This document shows, one piece after another, positions 39,305 to 49,195 of a stretch of DNA of 64,000 bases; positions within the stretch are counted from its first letter, which is position 1, and each line of letters starts with the position of its first letter. Location: contig JALVSY010000007.1 in NCBI GenBank assembly GCA_027036135.1, positions 964,880-1,028,879 on the forward strand, read 5' to 3'. The DNA comes from Pyrodictiaceae archaeon. Its GTDB lineage: Archaea > Thermoproteota > Thermoprotei_A > Sulfolobales > Pyrodictiaceae. The notes below the pieces were generated by a model that was not told the origin of the DNA, searched no databases, and worked only from the letters and a program-made list of their open reading frames with translations. Both the position numbers and the translations under genes were made by a program.

Positions 39305-40471
39305 ATGAGTATCGAGGAATACATCGATAAGGCTGATATAGAGGCGCGCAAAAGAGCACTCCGGGTATTCCGGGAGAGATTTAGAGAAATACTTGAGCAG
39401 ATAAAGAGAGGCGAGAACCCTACAATAATGCTACCTAAGCGCACACTGGCAAACACAATATACGATGAGAAGAGGAAACTTCTCCTACTAGGCCCGGAGA
39501 AGCTTAGCAGAAGCTTCTTCGACCTCCACGAGTCAAAGAAGTTCATGCAAACACTTCTAATGGCGAGAATAATCTATGAAGCACTTGAGAGAAATGAGTA
39601 TCCAACTATCCGTGACCTGTACTACAGAGGAAAACACACGATAGTATATCGGGAACCAGGAGGCCGCAAGCACGAAGAAAACACATGGGATGAACAAAGA
39701 GAATCAGACTCTGTGATAAGAGACATAGAGGTCTTCACCGGGCTACTTCGTGAAGAAATGCTCATACTCAGCAAGGAGAAAGGAAAAGTCGTAGGCAATA
39801 TGAGGATACGAAGCGGAGGAGACGTAATAGACCTAAGCAAGATGGGACATGGAGCCTATGCTATAGAGCCGACTCCTGACCTTATAGAATTCGTCGATGT
39901 AGATGCCGAGTACGTGCTAGTAGTAGAGAAAGACGCAGTATTCCAACAGCTTCACAGAATAGGCTTCTGGAGAAAACACAAGGCAATACTAATAACAAGC
40001 GCTGGGCAGCCAGACAGGGCAACGAGGCGATTCGTTAGAAGACTAAACGAGGAACTTGGATTACCGGTATACATACTGACTGATGCTGATCCTTACGGAT
40101 GGTATATATACAGTGTGTTCAAGATTGGATCAATAACTCTAAGCTATGAAAGCGAGCGCCTAGCAACACCAAATGCAAGGTTCATAGGCGTAAGCATGAC
40201 AGATATATTTGGCTACAAGAGGAAAAAGCCATACTTAACAGAGCAAGAGCGCCGAAACTACATAATCAAAGCAAAGGACGCAGACATAAAGAGAGCCTAC
40301 GAGTTAAGGAACTATAAATGGTTCCAGACAAAGAAGTGGAAGATAGAGATAGACATATTCCTTGAGAGAAAAGCTAAGCTAGAGATAGAAGCCTTAACAA
40401 GCAAAGGCCTAAGATTCCTTGCAGACAAATACCTACCAGAGAAAATTGAAACAGGGGACTGGATAGAATAA
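39305..40471 (+). CDS. top6A: DNA topoisomerase VI subunit A
   Basis: TIRDLYY, VVEKDAVF, GQPDRATR and DADPYG motifs. Confidence 0.97.
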   Translation: MSIEEYIDKADIEARKRALRVFRERFREILEQIKRGENPTIMLPKRTLANTIYDEKRKLLLLGPEKLSRSFFDLHESKKFMQTLLMARIIYEALERNEYPTIRDLYYRGKHTIVYREPGGRKHEENTWDEQRESDSVIRDIEVFTGLLREEMLILSKEKGKVVGNMRIRSGGDVIDLSKMGHGAYAIEPTPDLIEFVDVDAEYVLVVEKDAVFQQLHRIGFWRKHKAILITSAGQPDRATRRFVRRLNEELGLPVYILTDADPYGWYIYSVFKIGSITLSYESERLATPNARFIGVSMTDIFGYKRKKPYLTEQERRNYIIKAKDADIKRAYELRNYKWFQTKKWKIEIDIFLERKAKLEIEALTSKGLRFLADKYLPEKIETGDWIE

Positions 40472-40517
40472 AGTTCTAATTACCTACAAGTACTAGTCAC
40501 AGCAACGGACGAGGAAA

Positions 40518-41234
40518 ATGTCTAAACAAGACATTTGCAGAATGAGTGTAAATGAACTAGCCTCTAGGATAGATCACGCTGTTCTACGTCCCTGGAATGG
40601 CAGAAAAGAGCTAGAGACAGCTATAGAGGAACTAGAAAAGCTGGGCCTAAGATGCCTCATCCTATCCCCTATGCTCCTCAATGAAGCAAGAGGATTAACC
40701 AAGAGCTGCTTAGGCGCAGTAGCCGGATTCCCCTATGGATACCATAGCATAGAGGCAAAGATAAAAGAAGTAGAAGACCTAATAGCTATGGGTGCCGACG
40801 AAATAGACTTCGTAGCAAATCTCCAGCTATACCTACTTGGTAAAACAGAGCAATACATTAATGAGATAAAAGCAGTAACAACTATATGCAAAAACGCTAA
40901 CGTAAAATGCAAAATAATCGTGGAGGCCCCCGCACTAAGTCCCGCACAGCTAAGAAAAGTAGTAGAATTAATAGCTACAAAAACTGAGCCGGACTTCATA
41001 AAAACAAGCACAGGTTACGGGCCGAGACACACTATACCAGATGACATAGTAATAATAGATGAGACCCTTAGACAACTAGGACTTCGTAACCGTATAGGCA
41101 TAAAAGCAGCTGGCGGCATAAGGCAGGGACTACAAGCAGCCCTCTATATAGATATAGGGGCAGACATAATCGGGACAAGTACTCCTAGGAAAATCCTAGA
41201 CACATATAAGGAGATATGTCTACAGAAGCATTAA
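40518..41234 (+). CDS. deoC: Deoxyribose-phosphate aldolase
   Basis: IDHAVL, GFPYG, GADEID, FIKTSTG, IKAAGGIR and IGTS motifs. Confidence 0.94.
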   Translation: MSKQDICRMSVNELASRIDHAVLRPWNGRKELETAIEELEKLGLRCLILSPMLLNEARGLTKSCLGAVAGFPYGYHSIEAKIKEVEDLIAMGADEIDFVANLQLYLLGKTEQYINEIKAVTTICKNANVKCKIIVEAPALSPAQLRKVVELIATKTEPDFIKTSTGYGPRHTIPDDIVIIDETLRQLGLRNRIGIKAAGGIRQGLQAALYIDIGADIIGTSTPRKILDTYKEICLQKH

Positions 41235-41256
41235 CCCCGGAACCATGCTCTGCGAG

Positions 41257-41323
41257 CTAAATGATGAAACGACGGTCTCGAGAGCCTCTTGAAGCGATGA
41301 AGAACATTCTCCTTTCTGATAAC
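41257..41323 (+). ncRNA. Box C/D sRNA, predicted to guide 23S H92-H93 (peptidyl transferase centre) methylation
   Basis: C ATGATGA (41261), D'-like GAGA, C' ATGAAGA, D CTGA (41316); guides AACGACGGTCTC and ACATTCTCCTTT approximately complementary to recalled 23S AGACCGUCG and AAAGGGGAA. Confidence 0.8.
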
Positions 41324-41355
41324 CAGGCATGGATGGAGAACCTTCCTTATAAGAG

Positions 41356-41417
41356 GGTATCAGCTGAGACAGGTTTCTTCATAGCTACTTGCTCCGAACC
41401 CCTATATCATCACGTCA
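41356..41417 (-). ncRNA. Box C/D sRNA, predicted to guide 23S ~2600 region methylation
   Basis: C GTGATGA, D' CGGA, C' ATGAAGA, D CTGA; D guide AACCTGTCTCAG complementary to recalled 23S GAGACAGGU. Confidence 0.8.
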
Positions 41418-41438
41418 AAGAAAAATAGTGCATCGGGA

Positions 41439-41597
41439 CTAGTCCTCTAATTTACCTAGGATTTCGTGGAAAGTATTCTCGCCACAGTACTTACAATAGT
41501 GATAAAGACGCTTATCCTTAAGCTTTAGCAAGTCAAAGCTAACCTCTAATTCCCAGGTATTCCCACACTTTGTACAGCGCAACAGCCACTTAGTCAT
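41439..41597 (-). CDS. Small zinc-ribbon protein (52 aa, below ORF-track cutoff)
   Basis: Manual translation MTKWLLRCTKCGNTWELEVSFDLLKLKDKRLYHYCKYCGENTFHEILGKLED; two CxxC; GGTGG SD upstream. Confidence 0.8.
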   Translation of the reverse strand: MTKWLLRCTKCGNTWELEVSFDLLKLKDKRLYHYCKYCGENTFHEILGKLED

Positions 41598-41615
41598 GGG
41601 TCGGCCACCTATCTC

Positions 41616-42251
41616 TTACCTTCTTTCTTTGCCCCTCTTAGAAGGCTTAGAGATACCTCTGGGCTTAATTAGTCCTCTTCTTAAAAGCTCGTTGAGGCTT
41701 CGTCTCAGCACGCGACGCACACGCCACCGTCTTTCAATGCTGCCGAATAGGCGAATAGCTGTAGAGCGGATGCTGTTCGTAATAGTTAGGTCGCGAAGTA
41801 TCTTCTTCTCTTCATCACTTAGCACGTCTTGTAAGTAGCGCAGAGCGAGCCTGGCAATATCGGCAGGCGACAAGCCAAGGTAAGGATCCTGGGGCTCCAG
41901 CTCGCTCAGGTTCTGTATAACATCAAACTCTATTATAGTAACAGTATCGTCCGGCTTAATGTTGCCATAAACCTTCCTAAGTGCTTCAAGAAGCTCGCTA
42001 AGATCCCGAAAACCGTCCTTTCGTGCATCCTCATCCGTGAGCTCTTTCACTTTCTTATAAACAACATTGGTCACCTTGACTTTTGCTACCGGTCTTCCGC
42101 CTCCATGGACTATAAGTTCGTCATACTTTACCTTAACCTTGCCAAGCCTTATAGTTGCCCTCTTACGGCCAGATAATATGTCATCAACGTATTCCCCCTT
42201 AACCATTAAGTGTCTGCCAAGAAACTTTGCTCTCTCGCCCGCTTCGGGCAA
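41616..42251 (-). CDS. ASCH-domain protein with C-terminal HTH
   Basis: ILSGRKRATIR (GxKxxTxR) and LTDEDARKDGF; C-terminal LSDEEKKIL...SIRSTA helix-turn-helix. Confidence 0.85.
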   Translation of the reverse strand: MPEAGERAKFLGRHLMVKGEYVDDILSGRKRATIRLGKVKVKYDELIVHGGGRPVAKVKVTNVVYKKVKELTDEDARKDGFRDLSELLEALRKVYGNIKPDDTVTIIEFDVIQNLSELEPQDPYLGLSPADIARLALRYLQDVLSDEEKKILRDLTITNSIRSTAIRLFGSIERRWRVRRVLRRSLNELLRRGLIKPRGISKPSKRGKERR

Positions 42252-42322
42252 TAATTCATCCCGAGAAACAGCTGGGAAGTAACGGAAGCCCTTATTAGAA
42301 ATAAGCTATGTATCCGAGAAAC

Positions 42323-42413
42323 GGGGCTATGAAGGTTCTACTATCCCGGCCCCTAGCCAGGGCCGGGCACCTGATCAAAAATGTAGTGAAGAAGGGCCAA
42401 AGCGCTGAGCCCC
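42323..42413 (+). ncRNA. Box C/D sRNA with a hairpin inserted in the D' guide
   Basis: GGGGC/GCCCC stem; C-like ATGAAGG; CCCGGCCC/GGGCCGGG 8-bp hairpin; D' CTGA; C' GTGAAGA; 12-nt guide; D CTGA. Confidence 0.7.
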
Positions 42414-42420
42414 AGGCTCC

Positions 42421-43557
42421 CTACTGTTCTCTGTAAATTGTTGCTGGTTCTATAACCTCATGAGGCCTTGTCTTGGAGCGTGCAGGTATTACTGAGCCTA
42501 TTTTTAGCGCCTCAAGAGGCTGTGTTGATGTTAACTTGATTTCTTCGCTTACTTCGCCATAAGGTATGTTAGTCGTAACAGTATAGGGGGCTAATGAGGC
42601 ATACGCTCCTATAATGCTATCAGCTATATAACTATGTGAACCTATCTTTGCCTTAGTGTACACTATGCTTCGCTTTATCTCCGTATAAGCACCTACGATC
42701 GAGTTATCAAAGAGAGCTACATGGTTTCTAACAAAGCTATGTGCACCTACGAGGACGCCATTACCTATATATGCCGGACCCTTTATTACAGCATAGTGGT
42801 CTATACGTGCGTCTTTTGCTACATAGACGGGTCCCTCTATCACAGCGGTACTAGATATATTGGCCTCTTTCTCTATTACGGTATCTTTTACTTTCTCTAA
42901 GTCAAGGCGTACGGCTAACAAATAGTCCCAAGGCGTATCTAGATCAACCCATTCTCCTATCCATATATCAGCTCTAAGTCCTTTGGCGACAATCTCTCCT
43001 ATAGCGTCATGAAATCCTTTCCCCTTGTTACATAATAGCTCGCGTAGTACAGAGGAGTCTATGGTTAGCAGGCCAGCGAACACGTATGGGCCTCGGCCAA
43101 TACCCGTCACGCGCTGATCTATCGGGTCAACCGTTATGCGCAGGAATGAGCCCCTCATAACGACAGGCTTTGTAATCGTGATCAAGGGCTCATAGTCTCG
43201 AAGCACCTTAGCTATATGTGAGGAGATCATGGCCTCCTCCGAGTATATATCGCCATAGAGTATCGTTATGAGTCGTTCACCGGTCACAACACTAGATGCA
43301 AGCGCAGAGCATAATGCCCCCTCTATGCCCTTTACCCGCTGCTCAACAAAGACGCATCCTCCCATATTATTGCAGTAATTTGCGACCAAATTATCATCCG
43401 AGACTACTGCTACGCTATCAAAATATTTCAACATAGTATTTATATGTATATCTATTAGTCTGCCACGAGGAAACCTTAGTAAGGATCGAGACCCATCTCT
43501 ACCCATTACAAGTTTTAGCCTCTTAGCCGAACCACCAGCTAATATGATCCCTTTCAA
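42421..43557 (-). CDS. Sugar-phosphate nucleotidyltransferase with hexapeptide-repeat domain (GlmU-like)
   Basis: IILAGG, YGD and WVDLDTPWDYL motifs; LbH repeats IEGPVYV, IKGPAYIG; downstream of glmS. Confidence 0.85.
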   Translation of the reverse strand: MKGIILAGGSAKRLKLVMGRDGSRSLLRFPRGRLIDIHINTMLKYFDSVAVVSDDNLVANYCNNMGGCVFVEQRVKGIEGALCSALASSVVTGERLITILYGDIYSEEAMISSHIAKVLRDYEPLITITKPVVMRGSFLRITVDPIDQRVTGIGRGPYVFAGLLTIDSSVLRELLCNKGKGFHDAIGEIVAKGLRADIWIGEWVDLDTPWDYLLAVRLDLEKVKDTVIEKEANISSTAVIEGPVYVAKDARIDHYAVIKGPAYIGNGVLVGAHSFVRNHVALFDNSIVGAYTEIKRSIVYTKAKIGSHSYIADSIIGAYASLAPYTVTTNIPYGEVSEEIKLTSTQPLEALKIGSVIPARSKTRPHEVIEPATIYREQ

Positions 43558-43640
43558 GACCTATCCCTCAATCATATTACAATAAATAACTCTCTACACT
43601 ATTATCCATAAAACAATAATTATAACATTATGTATAATAA

Positions 43641-45482
43641 TTACTCAACTGTAACAGTCTTAGCTAAGTTCCTCGGCTTGTCAGGATCCCTTCCAAGTAT
43701 TACTGCAAGCCTATAGGCGAGAAGCTGAAGAGGCGGCGTTATGGCATATGGTGCTAGTAGCTCATTCCACTCACCAGTACTAATGACTATATCTGCTCCC
43801 TTAATGTCCTCATACCCCCTCACCCCGATTATGATCGTGCTTGCACCACGAGCCTTCATCTCCATAACGTTTCCTTGGATTTTCTCCTTAAGGCTCTCCA
43901 GTGGGGGTGTACCTAGGAATATAACGGGGAAGCCGGGCTCAACAAGAGCTATTGGGCCATGTTTGCTCTCTCCAGCAGGATAAGCCTCGGCATGTATGTA
44001 ACTAACTTCTTTTACCTTAAGGGCTCCTTCATAAGCTAGTGGTATGCCTAGCTCTCTCCCAAGAATATACATGTTTCTAGCCTCTTTGAGCTTCATGACG
44101 AGTCTCTCAATAATCCTAGAGGATCTCTCAATAGAGATAGATGCAGCCTCACCTGCTCTTCTAAGTTTCTCGATAAGCTCTTTGTGCTCGTTCTTAGTAA
44201 TAGTTCCTTTATTTACTCCAAGGTGTAGAGCTAGGAATGTTAATGCAAGCACTTGTGTGAGAAAGGTCTTGGTTGCTGCTACTCCTATCTCAGGCCCCGC
44301 TCTAGTATATATCGTCCTATCTGATTCGCGTGGAATAGAACTACCTATGACATTCGATACCGCTACAATCCTTGCTCCTCTATTTTTAAACGCCCTAAGG
44401 GCTTGTAAACTATCTATTGTTTCGCCGCTCTGACTCACAACTATTAGGGCCGTATTCTCGTCCGCAAGCCTGCTATAGGTAGTGTATTCGCTTGCAATAA
44501 ACGGTACAATCGGCTCTTTTGCGAAGAGTGATGAATAATACATAAACACTAATGAAGCGTGATAACTAGTCCCAGCACCCGTTATAAATATCTTATCCGT
44601 ATCCAGTAGGAGTTCTGCTGCCTTCTCTACCTCGTTACTAGAGACAAGCCCCGTATAGGTCTCGTAAAGTACTCTTGGTTGCTCCATAATCTCTTTCAAC
44701 ATGTAGTGTGGATAGCCGCCTTTCTCGGCGTCCTCTAGGCTCCAAGTGATTGTTGCGACTCTTCGTCTCCACTCAACTGGTTTCCCGCCTCTCTCTATGT
44801 ATACTTTGTAGGGTTCGATGTACCCATACTCTCCGTCATTGAGCACAATGAATTTCCTAGTATAGGCTAGCATTGATGGAATATCGCTGGACAACATGTT
44901 AAAGCCTATACCTAGTCCAATAAGCAGTGGGCTAACGTTTCTAGCAAAGTATATTCTGCTGGGCTCGCCGCGATATATGACCGCAAGGGCATATGAGCCC
45001 TCTATCATCTTTAATGTTTTCTTAAATGCGGTAAAGAAGTCGTTTTCTACTCTATTGAAATGCTCTAGGAGGTGAGCTACAACCTCTGTATCAGTATCGC
45101 TTCTAAACCGGTGTCCTTTACTTATAAGCCATTCTCGTAGTTCTGCAAAGTTCTTAATAATACCGTTATGGACTACAGCTATCTTGGAATCACAGTCTAG
45201 ATGTGGATGTGCATTAACTTGGTTCGGTTCCCCATGGGTTGCCCAACGCGTATGAGCTATGCCAGCTATAGCACAATAATTAGAGACCATGTATTGGTTA
45301 ACGACCTCGTCTATCCTGCCCTTGTTCTTAAATACCTTTAGATTAAGTGAGCCGCACTCTATGAAGGCGAAGCCAGCGCTATCGTAGCCACGGTACTCTA
45401 GTCGTTTAAGCCCCTGTATTAGCATAGGCACTACATTAGGTACTTGGTCTGGATCGGCAGTAACGCCAACTATCCCGCACAA
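43641..45482 (-). CDS. glmS: Glutamine-fructose-6-phosphate aminotransferase
   Basis: MCGIVG, LEYRGYDSAG, HTRWATHG, SQSGET and PRNLAKTVTVE motifs. Confidence 0.97.
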   Translation of the reverse strand: MCGIVGVTADPDQVPNVVPMLIQGLKRLEYRGYDSAGFAFIECGSLNLKVFKNKGRIDEVVNQYMVSNYCAIAGIAHTRWATHGEPNQVNAHPHLDCDSKIAVVHNGIIKNFAELREWLISKGHRFRSDTDTEVVAHLLEHFNRVENDFFTAFKKTLKMIEGSYALAVIYRGEPSRIYFARNVSPLLIGLGIGFNMLSSDIPSMLAYTRKFIVLNDGEYGYIEPYKVYIERGGKPVEWRRRVATITWSLEDAEKGGYPHYMLKEIMEQPRVLYETYTGLVSSNEVEKAAELLLDTDKIFITGAGTSYHASLVFMYYSSLFAKEPIVPFIASEYTTYSRLADENTALIVVSQSGETIDSLQALRAFKNRGARIVAVSNVIGSSIPRESDRTIYTRAGPEIGVAATKTFLTQVLALTFLALHLGVNKGTITKNEHKELIEKLRRAGEAASISIERSSRIIERLVMKLKEARNMYILGRELGIPLAYEGALKVKEVSYIHAEAYPAGESKHGPIALVEPGFPVIFLGTPPLESLKEKIQGNVMEMKARGASTIIIGVRGYEDIKGADIVISTGEWNELLAPYAITPPLQLLAYRLAVILGRDPDKPRNLAKTVTVE

Positions 45483-45577
45483 GGGCCTTCCCTATTCAAG
45501 CCTTAGTACAAGTTATCAAAATATGAGGTAAAAAGAATACTATTTTAAGCACTTGCTACGCGCGGAACTTGTATATG

Positions 45578-45644
45578 GGCATATGATGAATGAACCCTGT
45601 AGCGAGCAATACCCGGTATGAGCGTCCTTCAGCGTACTGATGCC
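45578..45644 (+). ncRNA. Box C/D sRNA candidate
   Basis: GGCA/TGCC stem; C ATGATGA; 12-nt guide; D' GCGA; C'-like ATGAGC; 13-nt guide; D CTGA; targets not identified. Confidence 0.75.
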
Positions 45645-45656
45645 TTTTCATGTTCA

Positions 45657-47558
45657 TTAATTAGTTTTTGTGCGTTCCTCTTGTCTAAGAGTGATACTTT
45701 TCTCCAAGTATACTAGGCTTGGTCTCTGGGATACGTAACGTGGAAGTGTTTGTTGGACCCGTGGATACCCGCGTATGTCGTTTATTACTCGCTGTAGCAA
45801 TTCCTCTGGTGTTAACGCTATTCTGTCATTAGTTCTACGTATTGTAACGTTTATAGTTCCTGTTTCAACTTCTCGTGCACCTATTACACCTATATAGGGT
45901 ATCCATTCCCTTGCTGCATCCCTTATGCGTTTCCCAAGGCTTAGATCCCTATCATCTATGTCTACTCTTACAAGATTCTCTTCGAGGAGTGTAGCGGTTT
46001 TTTCTGCAAGGTTAAGCTGTTTCTCGTCCTTCGGGTTAAGTGGTATTAATCTAACCTGTATAGGGGCAAGCCATGTTGGTAGGTAGGGTGTCTGGCCTTT
46101 TTGCTCTGTCTTAACTGCTGAGTCAAATATCATGTATATGTAGCGCTCAACAGAGCCTATAAGAGCTGTATGTATAATGATTGGGTATTTCTCGTTATTA
46201 TTCTCGTCAACGTATTTTATCCCAAACCTTTTCGCATTACCTATATCGAATTGATATGTTGCTATCTCGCGAGGACGCCCAGCGGAATCTACTATGTGGT
46301 ACTCAACATTAACGACCCAATAATATATGCCAGCGGGATATAATGCTATCAGAGCTGGTTTTCCATCCCTCCTTATTAGCTCTAGTAACATGTCTCGTTT
46401 TTCTTCCCAGAAGTCTTCAGTTACGTTATAAACAGCGTAATATTCTTGTCCTAGCTTTTTAGCCTCTCTATGAATTACTTCCTGTAGCTTCTCGCTTACT
46501 TTTACAGCCTCTTCAAGGCCCTTTGTGAGGATGTGGAGGTCTGGCATGTAGAATCTTCTCAGTCTAAAGCAGAGGGTTACCTCACCGCTCTGTTCTAATC
46601 GGTAACTATCCGCTACCTCGAACATCCCAAGGGGTAGGTCTCGGTAGCTTAGCACGTAGTCTTTTAGCATTGCGAATTGTTGGTGACAAGCAGCGTATCT
46701 AAGAACCAGGTGCTTCCTATCGGTCCAAATCTCGTAGAGTCTATCTCCATAGAGCTGTGCATGTTCATAAACTGGTTTCGAAGATAGGTCGAACATGTTT
46801 GTTCCTCTTATTTTGAGGACGGGTATTCCTAGGGTTCGCGCTAGTAGCCATGCATATTCCGATACGGCATCTATTAGAAGAGACGCGTGTGGCTCGTACC
46901 TCATGTGTCCATAGTCTCCCATAGGCTCCCATTCGAAGCCGAACTTTGAGCAGAGCTCGTTAACAGGGTTCTCCACTTCTCCTATCTCTTTACCGAGAGC
47001 TTCTTTCTCTATTAGTATCTTCATTTCCTTAGAGGCTTTTTTGAGATATTCTTCGGGTTCGTATACCTCGCCGCTCGGTGTTAGCACGAAGTACTTCTTT
47101 TCTATCTTCGGCCTAGTAATGGTCTGCGGTGTATATGACCTGGATAGTTCGGATAAGGGGTGGCCTAGACAATGTAGCTTAAATTCCTTATACCAGCCGA
47201 ATGGCGCCCTATATACAGTGTAAGCATCTTTAGCAATATTGTCTAGTTTTTCTGCTAGCATTCTCAGAATCTTAACCGCTATGTGGCCTGGGGCAAGCTT
47301 GCTTGATAGATGAGCATAAGGATATACGAGGACATTCTTAGCTCCAACTCTTCTCGCTACATCATCTATATCTAGGGCTGCTTTCTCGACGACATCGGAG
47401 GGAGCTTGTGCATCTACCTCTTCAACTGTTGTAAAAGCTACTAAGACATTCTCAAGGTGAAGCGACTCAGGAACCGCTCCTAGCTCTTCTGCATCGGCTA
47501 TGGCTTTTGACCTTGCCTTGTAATAGAACTCCTTTGCATGAATAAGAAGTGCTTTCAA
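45657..47558 (-). CDS. thrS: Threonyl-tRNA synthetase with archaeal editing domain
   Basis: VYPYAHLS, APFGWYK..C.GHPLSELSR, LRYAAC, RLRRF.MPD.H and GSVER motifs. Confidence 0.97.
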   Translation of the reverse strand: MKALLIHAKEFYYKARSKAIADAEELGAVPESLHLENVLVAFTTVEEVDAQAPSDVVEKAALDIDDVARRVGAKNVLVYPYAHLSSKLAPGHIAVKILRMLAEKLDNIAKDAYTVYRAPFGWYKEFKLHCLGHPLSELSRSYTPQTITRPKIEKKYFVLTPSGEVYEPEEYLKKASKEMKILIEKEALGKEIGEVENPVNELCSKFGFEWEPMGDYGHMRYEPHASLLIDAVSEYAWLLARTLGIPVLKIRGTNMFDLSSKPVYEHAQLYGDRLYEIWTDRKHLVLRYAACHQQFAMLKDYVLSYRDLPLGMFEVADSYRLEQSGEVTLCFRLRRFYMPDLHILTKGLEEAVKVSEKLQEVIHREAKKLGQEYYAVYNVTEDFWEEKRDMLLELIRRDGKPALIALYPAGIYYWVVNVEYHIVDSAGRPREIATYQFDIGNAKRFGIKYVDENNNEKYPIIIHTALIGSVERYIYMIFDSAVKTEQKGQTPYLPTWLAPIQVRLIPLNPKDEKQLNLAEKTATLLEENLVRVDIDDRDLSLGKRIRDAAREWIPYIGVIGAREVETGTINVTIRRTNDRIALTPEELLQRVINDIRGYPRVQQTLPRYVSQRPSLVYLEKSITLRQEERTKTN

Positions 47559-47734
47559 GATGTTACACCATTGATGCTCATACTTCTTGCTACCTAGGCG
47601 TTTTTAGCGCAGTCAAGGGGAATATAAGATTAGAGCTTACGGCCGTCTCCACGTCGTAATAGAATAGTTTCGGCCAGGTAAAGAGTAGTATATAAGGGTA
47701 CTACTCACCCCTCTCAGCTACGGGTTAGAAAGGT

Positions 47735-48706
47735 ATGGCAAAAAAGGAAATCAAGACCATTACAGACTTGCCTGGAGTAGGCCCAGCCACCGCTAATAAG
47801 CTAATAGAAGCAGGATACGGAACACTAGAGGCGATAGCGGTAGCAACGCCCCAGGAGCTAAGTGCAGCAGCAGGAATACCCTTAACGACGGCGCAAAGGA
47901 TAATCAAGGCTGCACGTGAGGCCCTTGATATACGTTTCAAGACAGCACTAGAGATAAAGAAAGAGAGGCTAGCAGCAAGGAAAATTACGACAGGGAGTCG
48001 TAACCTCGATGACTTGCTTGGAGGCGGGATAGAGACTCGAATGATAACAGAGTTCTTTGGCGAATTCGGTAGCGGTAAGACGCAGATCTGTCATCAATTA
48101 GCAGTAAATGTGCAGCTGCCGCAGGAAAAGGGTGGGTTAAGCACGAGCGATGCAGTAGCTAAGGCTGTATACATAGATACTGAGGGGACTTTTCGATGGG
48201 AACGTATAGAGAACATGGCTAAGCGATGGGGCCTTGACCCGGACGAGGTAATGGCTAACATATTCTATATACGTGCAATAAATAGTGACCATCAAATGGC
48301 CATAGTTGATGAACTCTTCAACTTGGTTCCAAAGGAGAACATCAAGTTAGTAATAGTTGACTCGGTTACTAGTCACTTTAGAGCAGAGTATCCTGGCAGA
48401 GAAAACCTGGCAGCACGCCAGCAGAAGCTAAACAGGCATCTGCATCAACTAGCTAGGTTAGCTGAGATATACGACTTAGCAGTCATAATAACAAACCAGG
48501 TAATGGCGAGACCAGATGTATTCTATGGCGATCCTACTCAAGCTGTTGGCGGGCACGTACTAGGGCATGCCCCAGGCGTGAGGGTGCAATTGAGAAAAAG
48601 CAGAGGAAATAAGAGAATAGCTAGAGTTATTGATGCACCACACTTACCAGAGGGCGAGGCCGTATTCGTAATAACAGACTATGGTATAGCTGACCCCGAG
48701 GAATAA
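47735..48706 (+). CDS. radA: Recombinase RadA
   Basis: N-terminal HhH; [18 protein letters not shown] and FRAEY.GRE.LA.RQQ motifs. Confidence 0.98.
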   Translation: MAKKEIKTITDLPGVGPATANKLIEAGYGTLEAIAVATPQELSAAAGIPLTTAQRIIKAAREALDIRFKTALEIKKERLAARKITTGSRNLDDLLGGGIETRMITEFFGEFGSGKTQICHQLAVNVQLPQEKGGLSTSDAVAKAVYIDTEGTFRWERIENMAKRWGLDPDEVMANIFYIRAINSDHQMAIVDELFNLVPKENIKLVIVDSVTSHFRAEYPGRENLAARQQKLNRHLHQLARLAEIYDLAVIITNQVMARPDVFYGDPTQAVGGHVLGHAPGVRVQLRKSRGNKRIARVIDAPHLPEGEAVFVITDYGIADPEE

Positions 48707-48760
48707 CTTAATGGTAGCTCACGAAACCTTATAGCTAGAGCGATGGCGTGCACAGCCCTA

Positions 48761-49171
48761 TCATAGTTGTTTACATATAGCGCACTCACTTATCCTTTCA
48801 ATAGGGAGCACAAATCTAGATTTTTTCCAATTGAACTCCATGCAGCAGTTATCTATGCAGAGAATGGGTTGGCGAAGTCTTAGGTTAAGCCCGCTAAGTT
48901 CATCACTAATAATCAAATTCTTAAATTCAATAGATAAACCTACACCACTACATATGAATAGCTTATCCTTAAGTCCCTTGGCTATGAACATGATAACGGA
49001 TATACTCTTATCCCCGCACTTAAGCTTATAGATGGATTCAAATATAACATGGGTTATGGCGTTAGGGTTTCTACTCTGATAAGGAAGCTGTAATGACTTG
49101 CCTTGTTTCTCGATAACACAGTTTGGAAACACTCTTCTTAGAGAAGCATCGTAATTAGTCTTGGTGTTCAC
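48761..49171 (-). CDS. Cys-rich hypothetical protein
   Basis: 136-aa ORF, divergent from the prepilin peptidase gene. Confidence 0.55.
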   Translation of the reverse strand: MNTKTNYDASLRRVFPNCVIEKQGKSLQLPYQSRNPNAITHVIFESIYKLKCGDKSISVIMFIAKGLKDKLFICSGVGLSIEFKNLIISDELSGLNLRLRQPILCIDNCCMEFNWKKSRFVLPIERISECAICKQL

Positions 49172-49195
49172 CAGCTAGCACCGCGGGGAAAGAGC

